A stretch of DNA of 29,559 bases from Gemmatimonadaceae bacterium (GTDB lineage Bacteria; Gemmatimonadota; Gemmatimonadetes; Gemmatimonadales; Gemmatimonadaceae): NCBI GenBank assembly GCA_040901985.1, contig JBBDYC010000010.1:75858-105416 (forward strand). Reading direction: 5' to 3'. Position 1 is the first letter of the stretch, and each line of letters opens with the position of its first letter. The translations under genes were made by a program, and so were the position numbers. Below the pieces are notes generated by a model, which saw only the letters and a program-made list of their open reading frames with translations, did not search any database and was not told the origin of the DNA. Below are positions 1-7,710 of the stretch, piece by piece.

Positions 1-32
1 CCCGCGCCCGCCCCGCCCCCCCCCCCCCCCCC
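1..32. repeat. Poly-C low-complexity tract
   Basis: 17 consecutive C at 16-32 plus shorter C runs. Confidence 0.8.
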
Positions 33-341
33 GGCCGCGCCGAGGCGGCGCTGCGCGCCGCCGAACGCGGGTTGCAGGAGGATCCCGGCTTGGCGAGCCT
101 GCACCGGAATATCGGCGACCTCCTCCTCGAGCAGGGCCTGAACGAGAAGGCGCTCGAGTCGTATCTCCGCGCGGTGCGCCATCACGAGACCCTCGGGCCC
201 GAGGTCTGGGCGCGGATCGGGACGCTGCGAGAGGCGGCTGGCGAACATGCCGAGGCGATCGCCGCGTTCGACCACGCGCTCCTTCTCGACCCGACGCACG
301 CGGCGGCCAACGCCCGCCGCTCGGCGCTCCGCGGGGGCTGA
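3..341 (+). CDS. TPR-containing protein, C-terminal part (5'-truncated by window edge)
   Basis: The frame is open from position 3 (…GRAEAALRAAERGLQEDPGLASLHRNIGDLLLEQGLNEKALESYLRAV…AIAAFDHALLLDP), with TPR consensus spacing. Its stop TGA overlaps the cheR ATG (TGATG). The first ~32 nt lie in a poly-C tract and are unreliable. Confidence 0.75.
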   Translation, partial: RARPAPPPPPGRAEAALRAAERGLQEDPGLASLHRNIGDLLLEQGLNEKALESYLRAVRHHETLGPEVWARIGTLREAAGEHAEAIAAFDHALLLDPTHAAANARRSALRGG

Positions 342-1171
342 TGTCCGCCGAGTGGACCGACGACGAGGGTTTTCGCGCGCTGACCGAGAAGATCGCCCGC
401 GACCGCGGCTTTGGGTGCGCCAGCTACAAGGACGGCTGCCTCCGTCGCCGGATCGCGGTGCGGATGCGGGCGAGCGGCACGACCGACTACGGCGACTACG
501 CGGCGCTCCTCGATCGCGATCGGGCCGAGTACGACCGCCTGCTCGACGCGCTGACGATCAACGTCACGCGGCTCTTCCGCGACGCCCCGGTCTGGGAGGC
601 ATTCGCCGAGACGTTCCTGCCGCCGCTCTGGGAGGGGTCGCCGACGCGCTTCACGGCGTGGAGCGCCGGCTGCGCGTCGGGCGAGGAGCTCTACACGCTC
701 GCGGCGATCCTCCACGCGCACGCCGAGCGCACGCGTACCGTGTCGCGGCTGGCACGGACGACGATCATCGGGTCGGACATTGACCGCGGCTCGCTCGCCG
801 CCGCCGAACGCGGGGTCTATCCGGCCGAGGCGTTCGCCGAGACGCCGCCGGCGATGCTGGCGCGCTACTTCTCGCCGGACGCGCCCCACGCCGCGGTGCC
901 CGAGCTCCGGGCACTCGTGCGGGTCGAACGTCGCGACCTGCTCAGCGAGCCGGCGCCGGCGCTCGGCCTGCAGCTCGTCTCCTGCCGGAACATGCTGATC
1001 TACATCGACCGGGTGAGCCAGGAGCCGCTGGTCCGGCGCTTCCACGAGGCGCTCGCCCCGGGCGGGATCCTCATCCTCGGGAAGGTCGAGACGTTGCTCG
1101 GGCCGGTGCGCGCGCTCTTCGAGACGGTGGACCAGCGCAGTCGGATCTTCCGGCGGAGTGCCGAGCGGTGA
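341..1171 (+). CDS. cheR: Chemotaxis protein-glutamate O-methyltransferase CheR
   Basis: CheR motifs LRRRI, LTINVTRLFRD, WSAGCASGEELYTLA, GSDID and CRNMLIY. Confidence 0.95.
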   Translation: MSAEWTDDEGFRALTEKIARDRGFGCASYKDGCLRRRIAVRMRASGTTDYGDYAALLDRDRAEYDRLLDALTINVTRLFRDAPVWEAFAETFLPPLWEGSPTRFTAWSAGCASGEELYTLAAILHAHAERTRTVSRLARTTIIGSDIDRGSLAAAERGVYPAEAFAETPPAMLARYFSPDAPHAAVPELRALVRVERRDLLSEPAPALGLQLVSCRNMLIYIDRVSQEPLVRRFHEALAPGGILILGKVETLLGPVRALFETVDQRSRIFRRSAER

Positions 1172-1647
1172 GCGACCACCACGTGCGCATCGCGCATCAC
1201 GCGGTCGCGCGCGGCAACGCACGGCTCGTGGCGATCGGACTCGGGTCGTGCGTGGCGGTGACACTCTACGATCCGCGGCAGCGGGTCGGGGGCCTCGCGC
1301 ACGTCCTGCTCCCCGATCCGTCGGTGGCGCGCGACGCCTCCAACCCCGGACGGTTCGCGAGCGAGGCGGTGCCGATGTTGCTGGAAGGGCTCCGCGCGCA
1401 GGGCGGGCGGCCGCCGTTCGTCGCCAAGATCGCCGGCGGCGCCGCGCTCTTCGGACAGCTGCTCGGGAGTTCGACCGGCCAGATGGGCGAGCGGAACGTG
1501 GTGGCGACCCGCGCCGCGCTGGCGCGCGCCGGGATCCCGATCGTCGCCGAGGATACCGGCGGCAATGGCGGGCGGAGCATCACGTTCGATGTCGCGACCG
1601 GGGACCTCACCGTGCGCGGGGTGCGCGGGGGGCAACGTGTCCTCTGA
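1168..1647 (+). CDS. cheD: Chemoreceptor glutamine deamidase CheD
   Basis: GLGSCVAV (catalytic Cys), GGLAHVLLP (His), AKIAGGA, GERN and EDTGG. The GTG start overlaps the cheR stop (GTGA). Confidence 0.95.
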   Translation: MSDHHVRIAHHAVARGNARLVAIGLGSCVAVTLYDPRQRVGGLAHVLLPDPSVARDASNPGRFASEAVPMLLEGLRAQGGRPPFVAKIAGGAALFGQLLGSSTGQMGERNVVATRAALARAGIPIVAEDTGGNGGRSITFDVATGDLTVRGVRGGQRVL

Positions 1648-2701
1648 GGTCCGCACCGTGCTCGTGGTGGACGACAGCCAGCTGATCGGGACGATCGTGC
1701 GCGAGCTGGTGGACGGCTTCGGCGGTTTCCGCGTCGTCGGCGTCGCGCGCGACGGGGAGGAGGCGCTGCAGATGGTGCACGCGCTCGATCCGGACGTGGT
1801 GACGCTCGACATCGAGATGCCGGGGATTGATGGCCTGCAGGCGCTCGGCTACATCATGAGTGAGTGTCCGCGGCCGGTGATAATGCTGAGCTCGGCGACG
1901 ACGCGGGGCACCGTGGACCTGACGATCCGGGCGCTCGAGCTCGGCGCGGTGGAGTTCGTGCGCAAGCCGACGCAGGAAACCCCGGCGGGGTGGGCGACGG
2001 TGGCGCCGCGGCTCCACGAGGTGCTGCGCGAGACCGCGCGGACGAACCTCGCCGGCGTGTCGGTGCTGGCGCGGCCGCGGTACCGGACGCCGGCGGCGCG
2101 GCGCGCGCCGGCGGCGGTCGCCCGGCGCGCGGTGGCCATCGCTGCGTCCACCGGCGGGCCGCGCGCGCTGGCCGAGGTGATCCCCGGGCTCCCGGCGACG
2201 CTCGACGCGGCGGTGATCGTCGTGCAGCATATGCCGCCGGGCTTCACGGAAGGCCTGGCGCGCCGGCTCGACCAACTCGCCGCGCTCCCGGTGTCGGAGG
2301 CGAGCGACGGTCAGCTCCTGCGCGCTGGCGCGGTGTATCTCGCCCCCGGCGGCCGGCACCTGCGGGTGCGGCGCGAGGCGGCGGAGGTGCGATTCGTCCT
2401 CTCCGACGAGCCGCCGGTGCACGGCGTGCGACCGGCGGCGGACCCGCTCTTTGCGTCGGTGGCGCACTGCTTCGGCGCGCACGCGGTCGGCGTGATCCTC
2501 ACCGGAATGGGGCGCGATGGCGTCGAGGGTCTGGGCGCGATCCACGACGCCGGCGGCCGCGCGCTGGTCCAGGACGAGGCGACCTCGATCATCTATGGGA
2601 TGCCGGCGCAGGCGCTCCTGCACGCCGATCGGGAGGTGCCTCTGCGGGAGATGGCGGGCGCCGTCGAGCGCGCGGTGGCCGCACTCGGGGACGAACGATG
2701 A
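1637..2701 (+). CDS. cheB: Chemotaxis response regulator methylesterase CheB (REC + esterase)
   Basis: REC domain VVDDS…TLDIEMPGIDG…KP, then esterase triad motifs ASTGG, VQHMP and LTGMGRDG. Start reassigned from 1565 to the in-frame GTG at 1637 (MSSEVRTVLVVDD). Confidence 0.95.
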   Translation: MSSEVRTVLVVDDSQLIGTIVRELVDGFGGFRVVGVARDGEEALQMVHALDPDVVTLDIEMPGIDGLQALGYIMSECPRPVIMLSSATTRGTVDLTIRALELGAVEFVRKPTQETPAGWATVAPRLHEVLRETARTNLAGVSVLARPRYRTPAARRAPAAVARRAVAIAASTGGPRALAEVIPGLPATLDAAVIVVQHMPPGFTEGLARRLDQLAALPVSEASDGQLLRAGAVYLAPGGRHLRVRREAAEVRFVLSDEPPVHGVRPAADPLFASVAHCFGAHAVGVILTGMGRDGVEGLGAIHDAGGRALVQDEATSIIYGMPAQALLHADREVPLREMAGAVERAVAALGDER

Positions 2702-3141
2702 GCGGGCGCCTCCTCGTGGCGCGACTGGGGCCGGAGCGGATCGCCCTGGCCGTCGCCGACGTCATCGTGGTGCTCGACGCGCCGGCGGTGGCGCCACTTC
2801 CGTTGATGCCGGACGGCGTGGCCGGCCAACTGTTGGTGCGGGACCGCTGGATCCCCGTCCTCGACACCCGCCGCGTGCTCGGGATCGGCCGCGACGGCAG
2901 CGGCCCGGGCGCGGCGCTCGTGTTCCGGGCGGTGCGCGGCGACTTTGCGCTCTGGGTGGACGACGTCGAGGAGGTACGGCATTTCTCGCCGGCCGAGGAG
3001 CGTCCCGTCCCCGCGGCGACCGAGCGCGCCGGACTCCTCCGCGCGCTCCTCTGGCACGACGGCCGCCTGATCGCCAGCGTGGACACGACCGCCCTTCTCG
3101 GCGTCGCCGAGGATATTTTGCACGTAGGGAGCATCCAATGA
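2698..3141 (+). CDS. CheW-like protein (divergent)
   Basis: C-terminal 147 aa of track ORF 1864..3141, with ATGA overlap to cheB. CheW-like pattern PLPLMPDGVAGQLLVRDRWIPVLD…ALWVDDVEEV. Confidence 0.8.
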   Translation: MSGRLLVARLGPERIALAVADVIVVLDAPAVAPLPLMPDGVAGQLLVRDRWIPVLDTRRVLGIGRDGSGPGAALVFRAVRGDFALWVDDVEEVRHFSPAEERPVPAATERAGLLRALLWHDGRLIASVDTTALLGVAEDILHVGSIQ

Positions 3142-3629
3142 CGACGACTGCGGCGACGCGCCGCCAGCTGGTGACCTTCGAGACGGCGACCGAGCTCTTC
3201 GCGGTGGATATCGCGATGGTCGAGCGCGTGCTTCGCTATGCGGTGCCGCGCCAACTGCCCAATACGGCGTCGTGGCTGCGCGGCGTCATTGCGCCCGGAG
3301 ACCGGTTGGTGCCGGTGCTCGACCTCCGCGAGCGGCTCGCGCTGGGCGGGGTGACGGATGCGGATCGCGCGCGGATCCTCCTGGTGGGTTTCGAGGACGG
3401 GCCGGTCGGGATTGTGGTGGACGCGGTGCACGAGGTGCTGACGGTGGAGTCGGGCGCGATCGAGACGCCGCCGTCGGTGTATCGCGGGTTGGCGCGGGAG
3501 TTCGTGCAGGGCATCGTCCGGCGGGACGAGCGGCTCTTCGTGCTGCTCGACCTCGGGCGCCTGGTGACCTCAACGGAGCGGATCGCGATGCGGAAGGCCG
3601 TGGCAGCGGAGGGCGCCGATGGCGGATGA
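3138..3629 (+). CDS. cheW: Chemotaxis coupling protein CheW
   Basis: QLVTF…FAVDI…LPNTASWLRGVI…VPVLDLRERL…GIVVDAVHEV…LLDL. ATGA overlap with the upstream gene and an AGGGAG SD-like motif. Confidence 0.9.
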   Translation: MTTTAATRRQLVTFETATELFAVDIAMVERVLRYAVPRQLPNTASWLRGVIAPGDRLVPVLDLRERLALGGVTDADRARILLVGFEDGPVGIVVDAVHEVLTVESGAIETPPSVYRGLAREFVQGIVRRDERLFVLLDLGRLVTSTERIAMRKAVAAEGADGG

Positions 3630-4482
3630 GACCCTGGCGGCGTGGAAGGCGCAGTTCGCCGCCATTGACCGCAAGCTCGACGCCGGGCTGGCGCCGGACG
3701 ACCGCGCGGTCGTGAAGGCGGAGATCGTCGGCCTCTTCAAGACGCTCGAGACACAGCTCGCCGAGCTCACGACGCTGAAGGACAACGTCAAGCTCCTGGT
3801 GGACAAGTGGAAGGCGCAGCAGGCGGCGGAGGGGACGGCGGCGCCGCAGTTCGCCGCCGAGAAGCCGGTGGTCCACGCCGACCACATCGGGGCGTCCACG
3901 TTCATCGAGAAGGGCTGGAGCCGGCTCTCGCTCGGCGACTACGAGGGGGCGGAGACGGCGCTGGTGAAGGCGATCGAGCTCTCCCCGGGCGACCCGCAGA
4001 GCGAGGCGCTGCTCGGCTGGGCGCAGATGCTGCAGGAGAAGCACGACGACGCGCTGATGAACTTCCAAAAGGTGCTGATGCGGGAGCCGGCCAACGCGCT
4101 GGCGCGGATCAACGTGGGCTACATCTGCCTGAAGAAGAAGATCTTTGGCGAGGCGATTGAGCATCTCTCCAAGGCGATCCGGCTGGACAACGACCGGAAG
4201 GCGACGCTCTACGCGCACTTCTACCTCGGGCTCGTCTACCTCGAACGTGAGATGTACGAGGACGCGCAGACCTTCTTCAACAAGACGTTGGTGCTCGGGC
4301 CGAACCTGATCGAGGCGTACTACGAGCTGGGGCGGGCGCACTGGTACAACGACGAGCGGGACGAGGCCAAGGCGGCGTGGCAGAAGGGATTTGCGGTGAA
4401 CAAATTCAACCCGTGGGGCAAGAAGTGCGCGGAGACGCTCAAGTTGGTGGAGGCAGGCGGGGAGTTGCCGCGGCCGAGTTGA
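3619..4482 (+). CDS. Cytoplasmic TPR protein with N-terminal coiled/helical region
   Basis: Several TPRs (GDYEGAETALVKAIELSP; HDDALMNFQKVLMREP; FGEAIEHLSKAIRLD; YEDAQTFFNKTLVLGP). GGAGGG SD, 11-nt overlap with cheW, no signal peptide. Confidence 0.85.
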   Translation: MADETLAAWKAQFAAIDRKLDAGLAPDDRAVVKAEIVGLFKTLETQLAELTTLKDNVKLLVDKWKAQQAAEGTAAPQFAAEKPVVHADHIGASTFIEKGWSRLSLGDYEGAETALVKAIELSPGDPQSEALLGWAQMLQEKHDDALMNFQKVLMREPANALARINVGYICLKKKIFGEAIEHLSKAIRLDNDRKATLYAHFYLGLVYLEREMYEDAQTFFNKTLVLGPNLIEAYYELGRAHWYNDERDEAKAAWQKGFAVNKFNPWGKKCAETLKLVEAGGELPRPS

Positions 4483-5519
4483 GCGCCCGTGGCCGCGCGG
4501 CGCGCGGCACCGCCCGGCGGTGGCTGGTGGCGGTCGCGCAGGCGGTCGTGCTGGCGACCGGCATTGTCGCGTCGGTGGCGTCTCCGGCGCCGGCGCAGGA
4601 GTTTGTCCCGCCCGGGGCTGGCACGCTGCGAGAGGGGCGCTTCACCGTGATTGCCTATCCCAGCGAGATGCGGCTCGCGCGGACCTTCCTCGCCGCCGCG
4701 ATGGCCCAGGACAGCTTTCCCGGACTGCCGCGGCCGGCGGCGGCGGTGCTGATCGCAATCGCGCCCGACGAGCGGCGGTTCCGGGAGTGGGTGGGGGAGG
4801 GGGCGCCGGAATGGGGCGAGGCGATCGCGTTCCCGCGGGCCCAGCGGATCGTGATGCGGGGCCGCGACGCGGCGGCGGCCGGCGGCGACCCGCGCGTGAC
4901 GTTGCGGCACGAACTGGCGCATCTGGCGCTCTACGAGGCGCTCGGTCCCGGAGTGCCCCGCTGGTTCGACGAAGGCTACGCGTCGTTCGCGGCGGGGGAG
5001 TGGGGGCGCGACGAAGTGCTGGCCACGAGCTTTGGTCTCGTCTGGAGGGGCCTGCCGACATTGGACGGACTTGACTCGGGGTTTTACCGCGGGTCCCAGA
5101 CCGCCCAGCGCTCCTACGCGTTGGCGCACCGCGCGGTCGCCGAGCTCGCCACGCTGAGTCCGGAGCGCGGACTCGCGCTGCTCTTCGACCACTGGCGCCG
5201 GGAAGGGTCGTTCGAGCGGGCCCTCCGTCGCGCCCACGGGATGTCCACGGTGGACTTCGAGGCACATTGGCGGAGCCGCGTCAGGCGACAGTTTGGCGCG
5301 CTGGCGCTCGCGGCGGACCTCTCGCTCCTCGCCTTCGGCCTGACCGTTCTCCTCGGCCCGCTCTGGTGGCAGCGGCGGGCGCGGACCCGGCGCCGCCTCG
5401 AGCGGCTGCGCGAGGCGGACCGCGAGGCGAGCGAGCGGGAGCGCACCGGGGCGCTCGCCGCGCTCCTCGGCGAAACGGGGAGCGTTCCCGGCGATGACGA
5501 CCGGATTAAGGGTTCGTGA
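4479..5519 (+). CDS. Exported, C-terminally membrane-anchored zinc metallopeptidase (gluzincin / peptidase MA-like)
   Basis: HELAH at 4908-4922 followed by PRWFDEGYA. Signal-peptide-like N-terminus (…RRWLVAVAQAVVLATGIVASVASPAPA-Q) from the TTG at 4479 (TTGA overlap). Hydrophobic C-terminal helix followed by an Arg-rich tail. Confidence 0.75.
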   Translation: MSARGRAARGTARRWLVAVAQAVVLATGIVASVASPAPAQEFVPPGAGTLREGRFTVIAYPSEMRLARTFLAAAMAQDSFPGLPRPAAAVLIAIAPDERRFREWVGEGAPEWGEAIAFPRAQRIVMRGRDAAAAGGDPRVTLRHELAHLALYEALGPGVPRWFDEGYASFAAGEWGRDEVLATSFGLVWRGLPTLDGLDSGFYRGSQTAQRSYALAHRAVAELATLSPERGLALLFDHWRREGSFERALRRAHGMSTVDFEAHWRSRVRRQFGALALAADLSLLAFGLTVLLGPLWWQRRARTRRRLERLREADREASERERTGALAALLGETGSVPGDDDRIKGS

Positions 5520-5535
5520 ATGCGGGAGCCCTTGG

Positions 5536-5564
5536 TTGACAGCACCTAGAGGGCATCCTAGACT
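5536..5564 (+). promoter_or_regulatory. sigma70-type promoter TTGACA-N17-TAGACT
   Basis: Perfect -35 TTGACA (5536-5541), 17-nt spacer and -10 TAGACT (5559-5564), in a less GC-rich intergenic stretch. Confidence 0.8.
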
Positions 5565-5573
5565 CATCCCCCT

Positions 5574-5753
5574 ATGGCAGAACACGATACAAGCTCCCGG
5601 GGTCCGCTCTCCCATCCCGCGGTATGGTGGGGCCTCTCGGCCGCCACGCTGCTTGCCGGGTATGCGGACCTATGGAGGGGTGGCGAGACGCTGGCGCCGA
5701 TCCTGCTGGTGATTGCGTATTGCATCCTGATCCCGGTGGCGATCCTGAAGTGA
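5574..5753 (+). CDS. Small two-TM membrane protein, 59 aa (resembles DUF3098-type proteins); absent from ORF track
   Basis: Manual translation: MAEHDTSSRGPLSHPAVWWGLSAATLLAGYADLWRGGETLAPILLVIAYCILIPVAILK*. Two hydrophobic helices, directly behind the promoter. The family resemblance is from memory, not a search. Confidence 0.75.
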   Translation: MAEHDTSSRGPLSHPAVWWGLSAATLLAGYADLWRGGETLAPILLVIAYCILIPVAILK

Positions 5754-5784
5754 CGCGCCGCGGCGGGTCGAAGGTCGAAACGCC

Positions 5785-5858
5785 GGGCGAATAGCTCAGC
5801 TGGTTAGAGCACCTGCCTTACACGCAGGGTGTCGGGGGTTCGAGTCCCTCTTCGCCCA
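5785..5858 (+). tRNA. tRNA-Val (anticodon TAC), CCA not encoded
   Basis: Acceptor stem GGGCGAA/TTCGCCC, D-arm GCTC…GAGC, anticodon arm CCTGC-CTTACAC-GCAGG (TAC at 5819-5821), T-loop GTTCGAGTC, discriminator A at 5858. Confidence 0.97.
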
Positions 5859-5860
5859 TG

Positions 5861-5899
5861 CCCCGCCGAGCACGGGAACCGTGCCGTGCTGCGACGGGG
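5861..5899 (+). other. GC-rich stem-loop immediately 3' of tRNA-Val
   Basis: CCCCG..AGCACGG can pair with CCGTGCT..CGGGG. No U-tract follows, so it is not a canonical intrinsic terminator. Confidence 0.5.
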
Positions 5900-5930
5900 T
5901 AGAGAGTTCAACTCCTTGGAGGAGATACTT

Positions 5931-7700
5931 GTGACGGCTCGGTTCCAATTCCGTGCGCTGACATCGCTCGCCGCGACCCTCGCGGTGTTCGGTTGCGCCT
6001 CGGCCGGCGCGCAGGCCAACGCCGTCCGGCGCCCGCCGCGGCCGGACACGCCGTTCATGACCGTGCAGGTCTTCCGCTCGTCGGACCGGATTGCCGGCCC
6101 GGCGGCCTCCGACGCGCTGCGCGAGCGCCTCATCCAGGTCTATCCCGGTCCCGTCCTCTGGGTCATTGACAAGGAACAGTTGGTCGCGCTCCTCGAGCAG
6201 TCGGGGTACCCGACCAACGAGCAGCTGGGCCGGACTGACGAGAACTCCCTCGCCAAGTTCCAGCGGGCCGACGAATACATCCGCGGCTCGGTGACGCGCG
6301 AGGCCGACGGCCGCTACCGCGTGGACGCCCAACTCGTGCTGACCCGCGATGCGACGCTGACACAGCCCCTGCCTCCGTCGCGGGGGACCCGTCCCGAACG
6401 CGCGGCGGTCGGCCTGGTGCGCTCCGTGCAGGACGCGCGCCGTCAGCTCGTCCAGGAACGTCGCTGCCTGGAGCACGCCCGCAACCAGCGCTACGCGCAG
6501 GCATTGGCCGAGGCGGACAAGGCGATTGAGGACTACCCCGACGCCACGCTCGTCCGGTACTGCAAGCTGAACGTGCTCGCGCGGCAGCAGGCCGGCCATG
6601 ACGAGATCCTGAAGGTGGCCGACGAGATCTTGGCCATTGATCCGAATAGCCGAAACGCGCTGGCGATGGCCGCCGACGCGCATAAGGCCAACGGTGACGT
6701 GGACCGTGCCAACGAGCTCCTCGTCCGCCTGCTGGCGGCGGAGCCAAACAACACGACGCTGGCGACGCAGGTGGTGGACGCGCTGGCGGCGAGCCGGCGC
6801 TATGACGTGGCCAAGGAGATCGTGCTGAAGGCGGTGCAGGACAACCCGGGCGACGTCGCGCTCGTGCGCCTGCAGTTCCTCATCCTGAGCTCGGCGGGCG
6901 ACTACAAGCCGGCAATCGCGACCGGCGAGGAGATGATCCAGCTCGACACCGCGATGGCCGATCAGCCATTCTTCACGCGACTGACGGCGCTCTATATGGC
7001 TGACAGCCAGCCGACGATGGCGGCCGACGCGGCGCGGCGCGGCACGGTGAAGTTCCCGCGGAACCCGGACCTCTGGCAGCTCTACGCGCAGACGCTCCGC
7101 ACGTCGGGGCAGGTGCGGGAGTCGGTCGCCGCGGCGCGGAAGGCGCTGGAGATCAATCCCAACATCCCGAACGGCTGGATCCAGGTCACGCAGGCATACA
7201 TCGAACTGCAGGAGTCCGACAGCGCGCTCGCCGCGCTGCGGATGGCGACGCAGGTCGGGGACAACGCCGACTTCATCGCCTCACTCGCCTCGGGGATCGG
7301 GAACCAGAAGCGCCTGCGTGGCGTGGCCGACACGAACGTGACGGTTCTCCAGGAATCGGTGGCGCTGCTGCAGTGGTCGGACAGCGTGGCGATGCTCCGC
7401 GACAGCGTGGGCCCGCCGGAGGCCCGGCGGGCGCGGGTCCAGGCATCGCCGGAGACACGGTCCCGGGTGAAGTTCATCCTTGGCGCGGCGGCGGTGACGC
7501 TGGGGCAGACGGCGGCGACGGTGGCGGTGGCGCCGAAGAGCTGTGCGCTGGCGCGGGTCGCGGAGGAGGCGCTGATCGTCGCGCAGATCGCGTTGCCGGG
7601 AGGCGGCGCCTTCAACCCCGACGCCACGGCCCAGCTGATGGGTGCGGTGCCGCAGATCTCGGAGTACGTGGGGAGCCAGATCAAGGCGTTCTGCAAGTAG
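5931..7700 (+). CDS. Exported (possibly lipo-) TPR protein with N-terminal alpha/beta domain
   Basis: GTG at 5931 with a strong GGAGGAG SD (the track start at 5829 lies inside the tRNA). Signal peptide MTARFQFRALTSLAATLAVFGCASAGA, then multiple TPRs (ALAEADKAIEDYP; VADEILAIDPNS; AARKALEINPN). Confidence 0.8.
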   Translation: MTARFQFRALTSLAATLAVFGCASAGAQANAVRRPPRPDTPFMTVQVFRSSDRIAGPAASDALRERLIQVYPGPVLWVIDKEQLVALLEQSGYPTNEQLGRTDENSLAKFQRADEYIRGSVTREADGRYRVDAQLVLTRDATLTQPLPPSRGTRPERAAVGLVRSVQDARRQLVQERRCLEHARNQRYAQALAEADKAIEDYPDATLVRYCKLNVLARQQAGHDEILKVADEILAIDPNSRNALAMAADAHKANGDVDRANELLVRLLAAEPNNTTLATQVVDALAASRRYDVAKEIVLKAVQDNPGDVALVRLQFLILSSAGDYKPAIATGEEMIQLDTAMADQPFFTRLTALYMADSQPTMAADAARRGTVKFPRNPDLWQLYAQTLRTSGQVRESVAAARKALEINPNIPNGWIQVTQAYIELQESDSALAALRMATQVGDNADFIASLASGIGNQKRLRGVADTNVTVLQESVALLQWSDSVAMLRDSVGPPEARRARVQASPETRSRVKFILGAAAVTLGQTAATVAVAPKSCALARVAEEALIVAQIALPGGGAFNPDATAQLMGAVPQISEYVGSQIKAFCK

Positions 7701-7710
7701 CGCCAATCCA

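Noticed and set aside
5494..5712. 72-aa track ORF upstream of the tRNA
   Set aside because: It spans the promoter and has no protein-like features. The other-frame ORF 5574..5753 fits the promoter and has clear TM helices.
5861..5899. Intrinsic terminator after the tRNA
   Set aside because: A hairpin is present but has no U-tract, so it is kept only as a stem-loop of unknown role.
5785..5930. tRNA-Val as an integration site for a prophage or island
   Set aside because: No integrase, no duplicated tRNA 3' end noticed, and no compositional break. The flanking genes look native.
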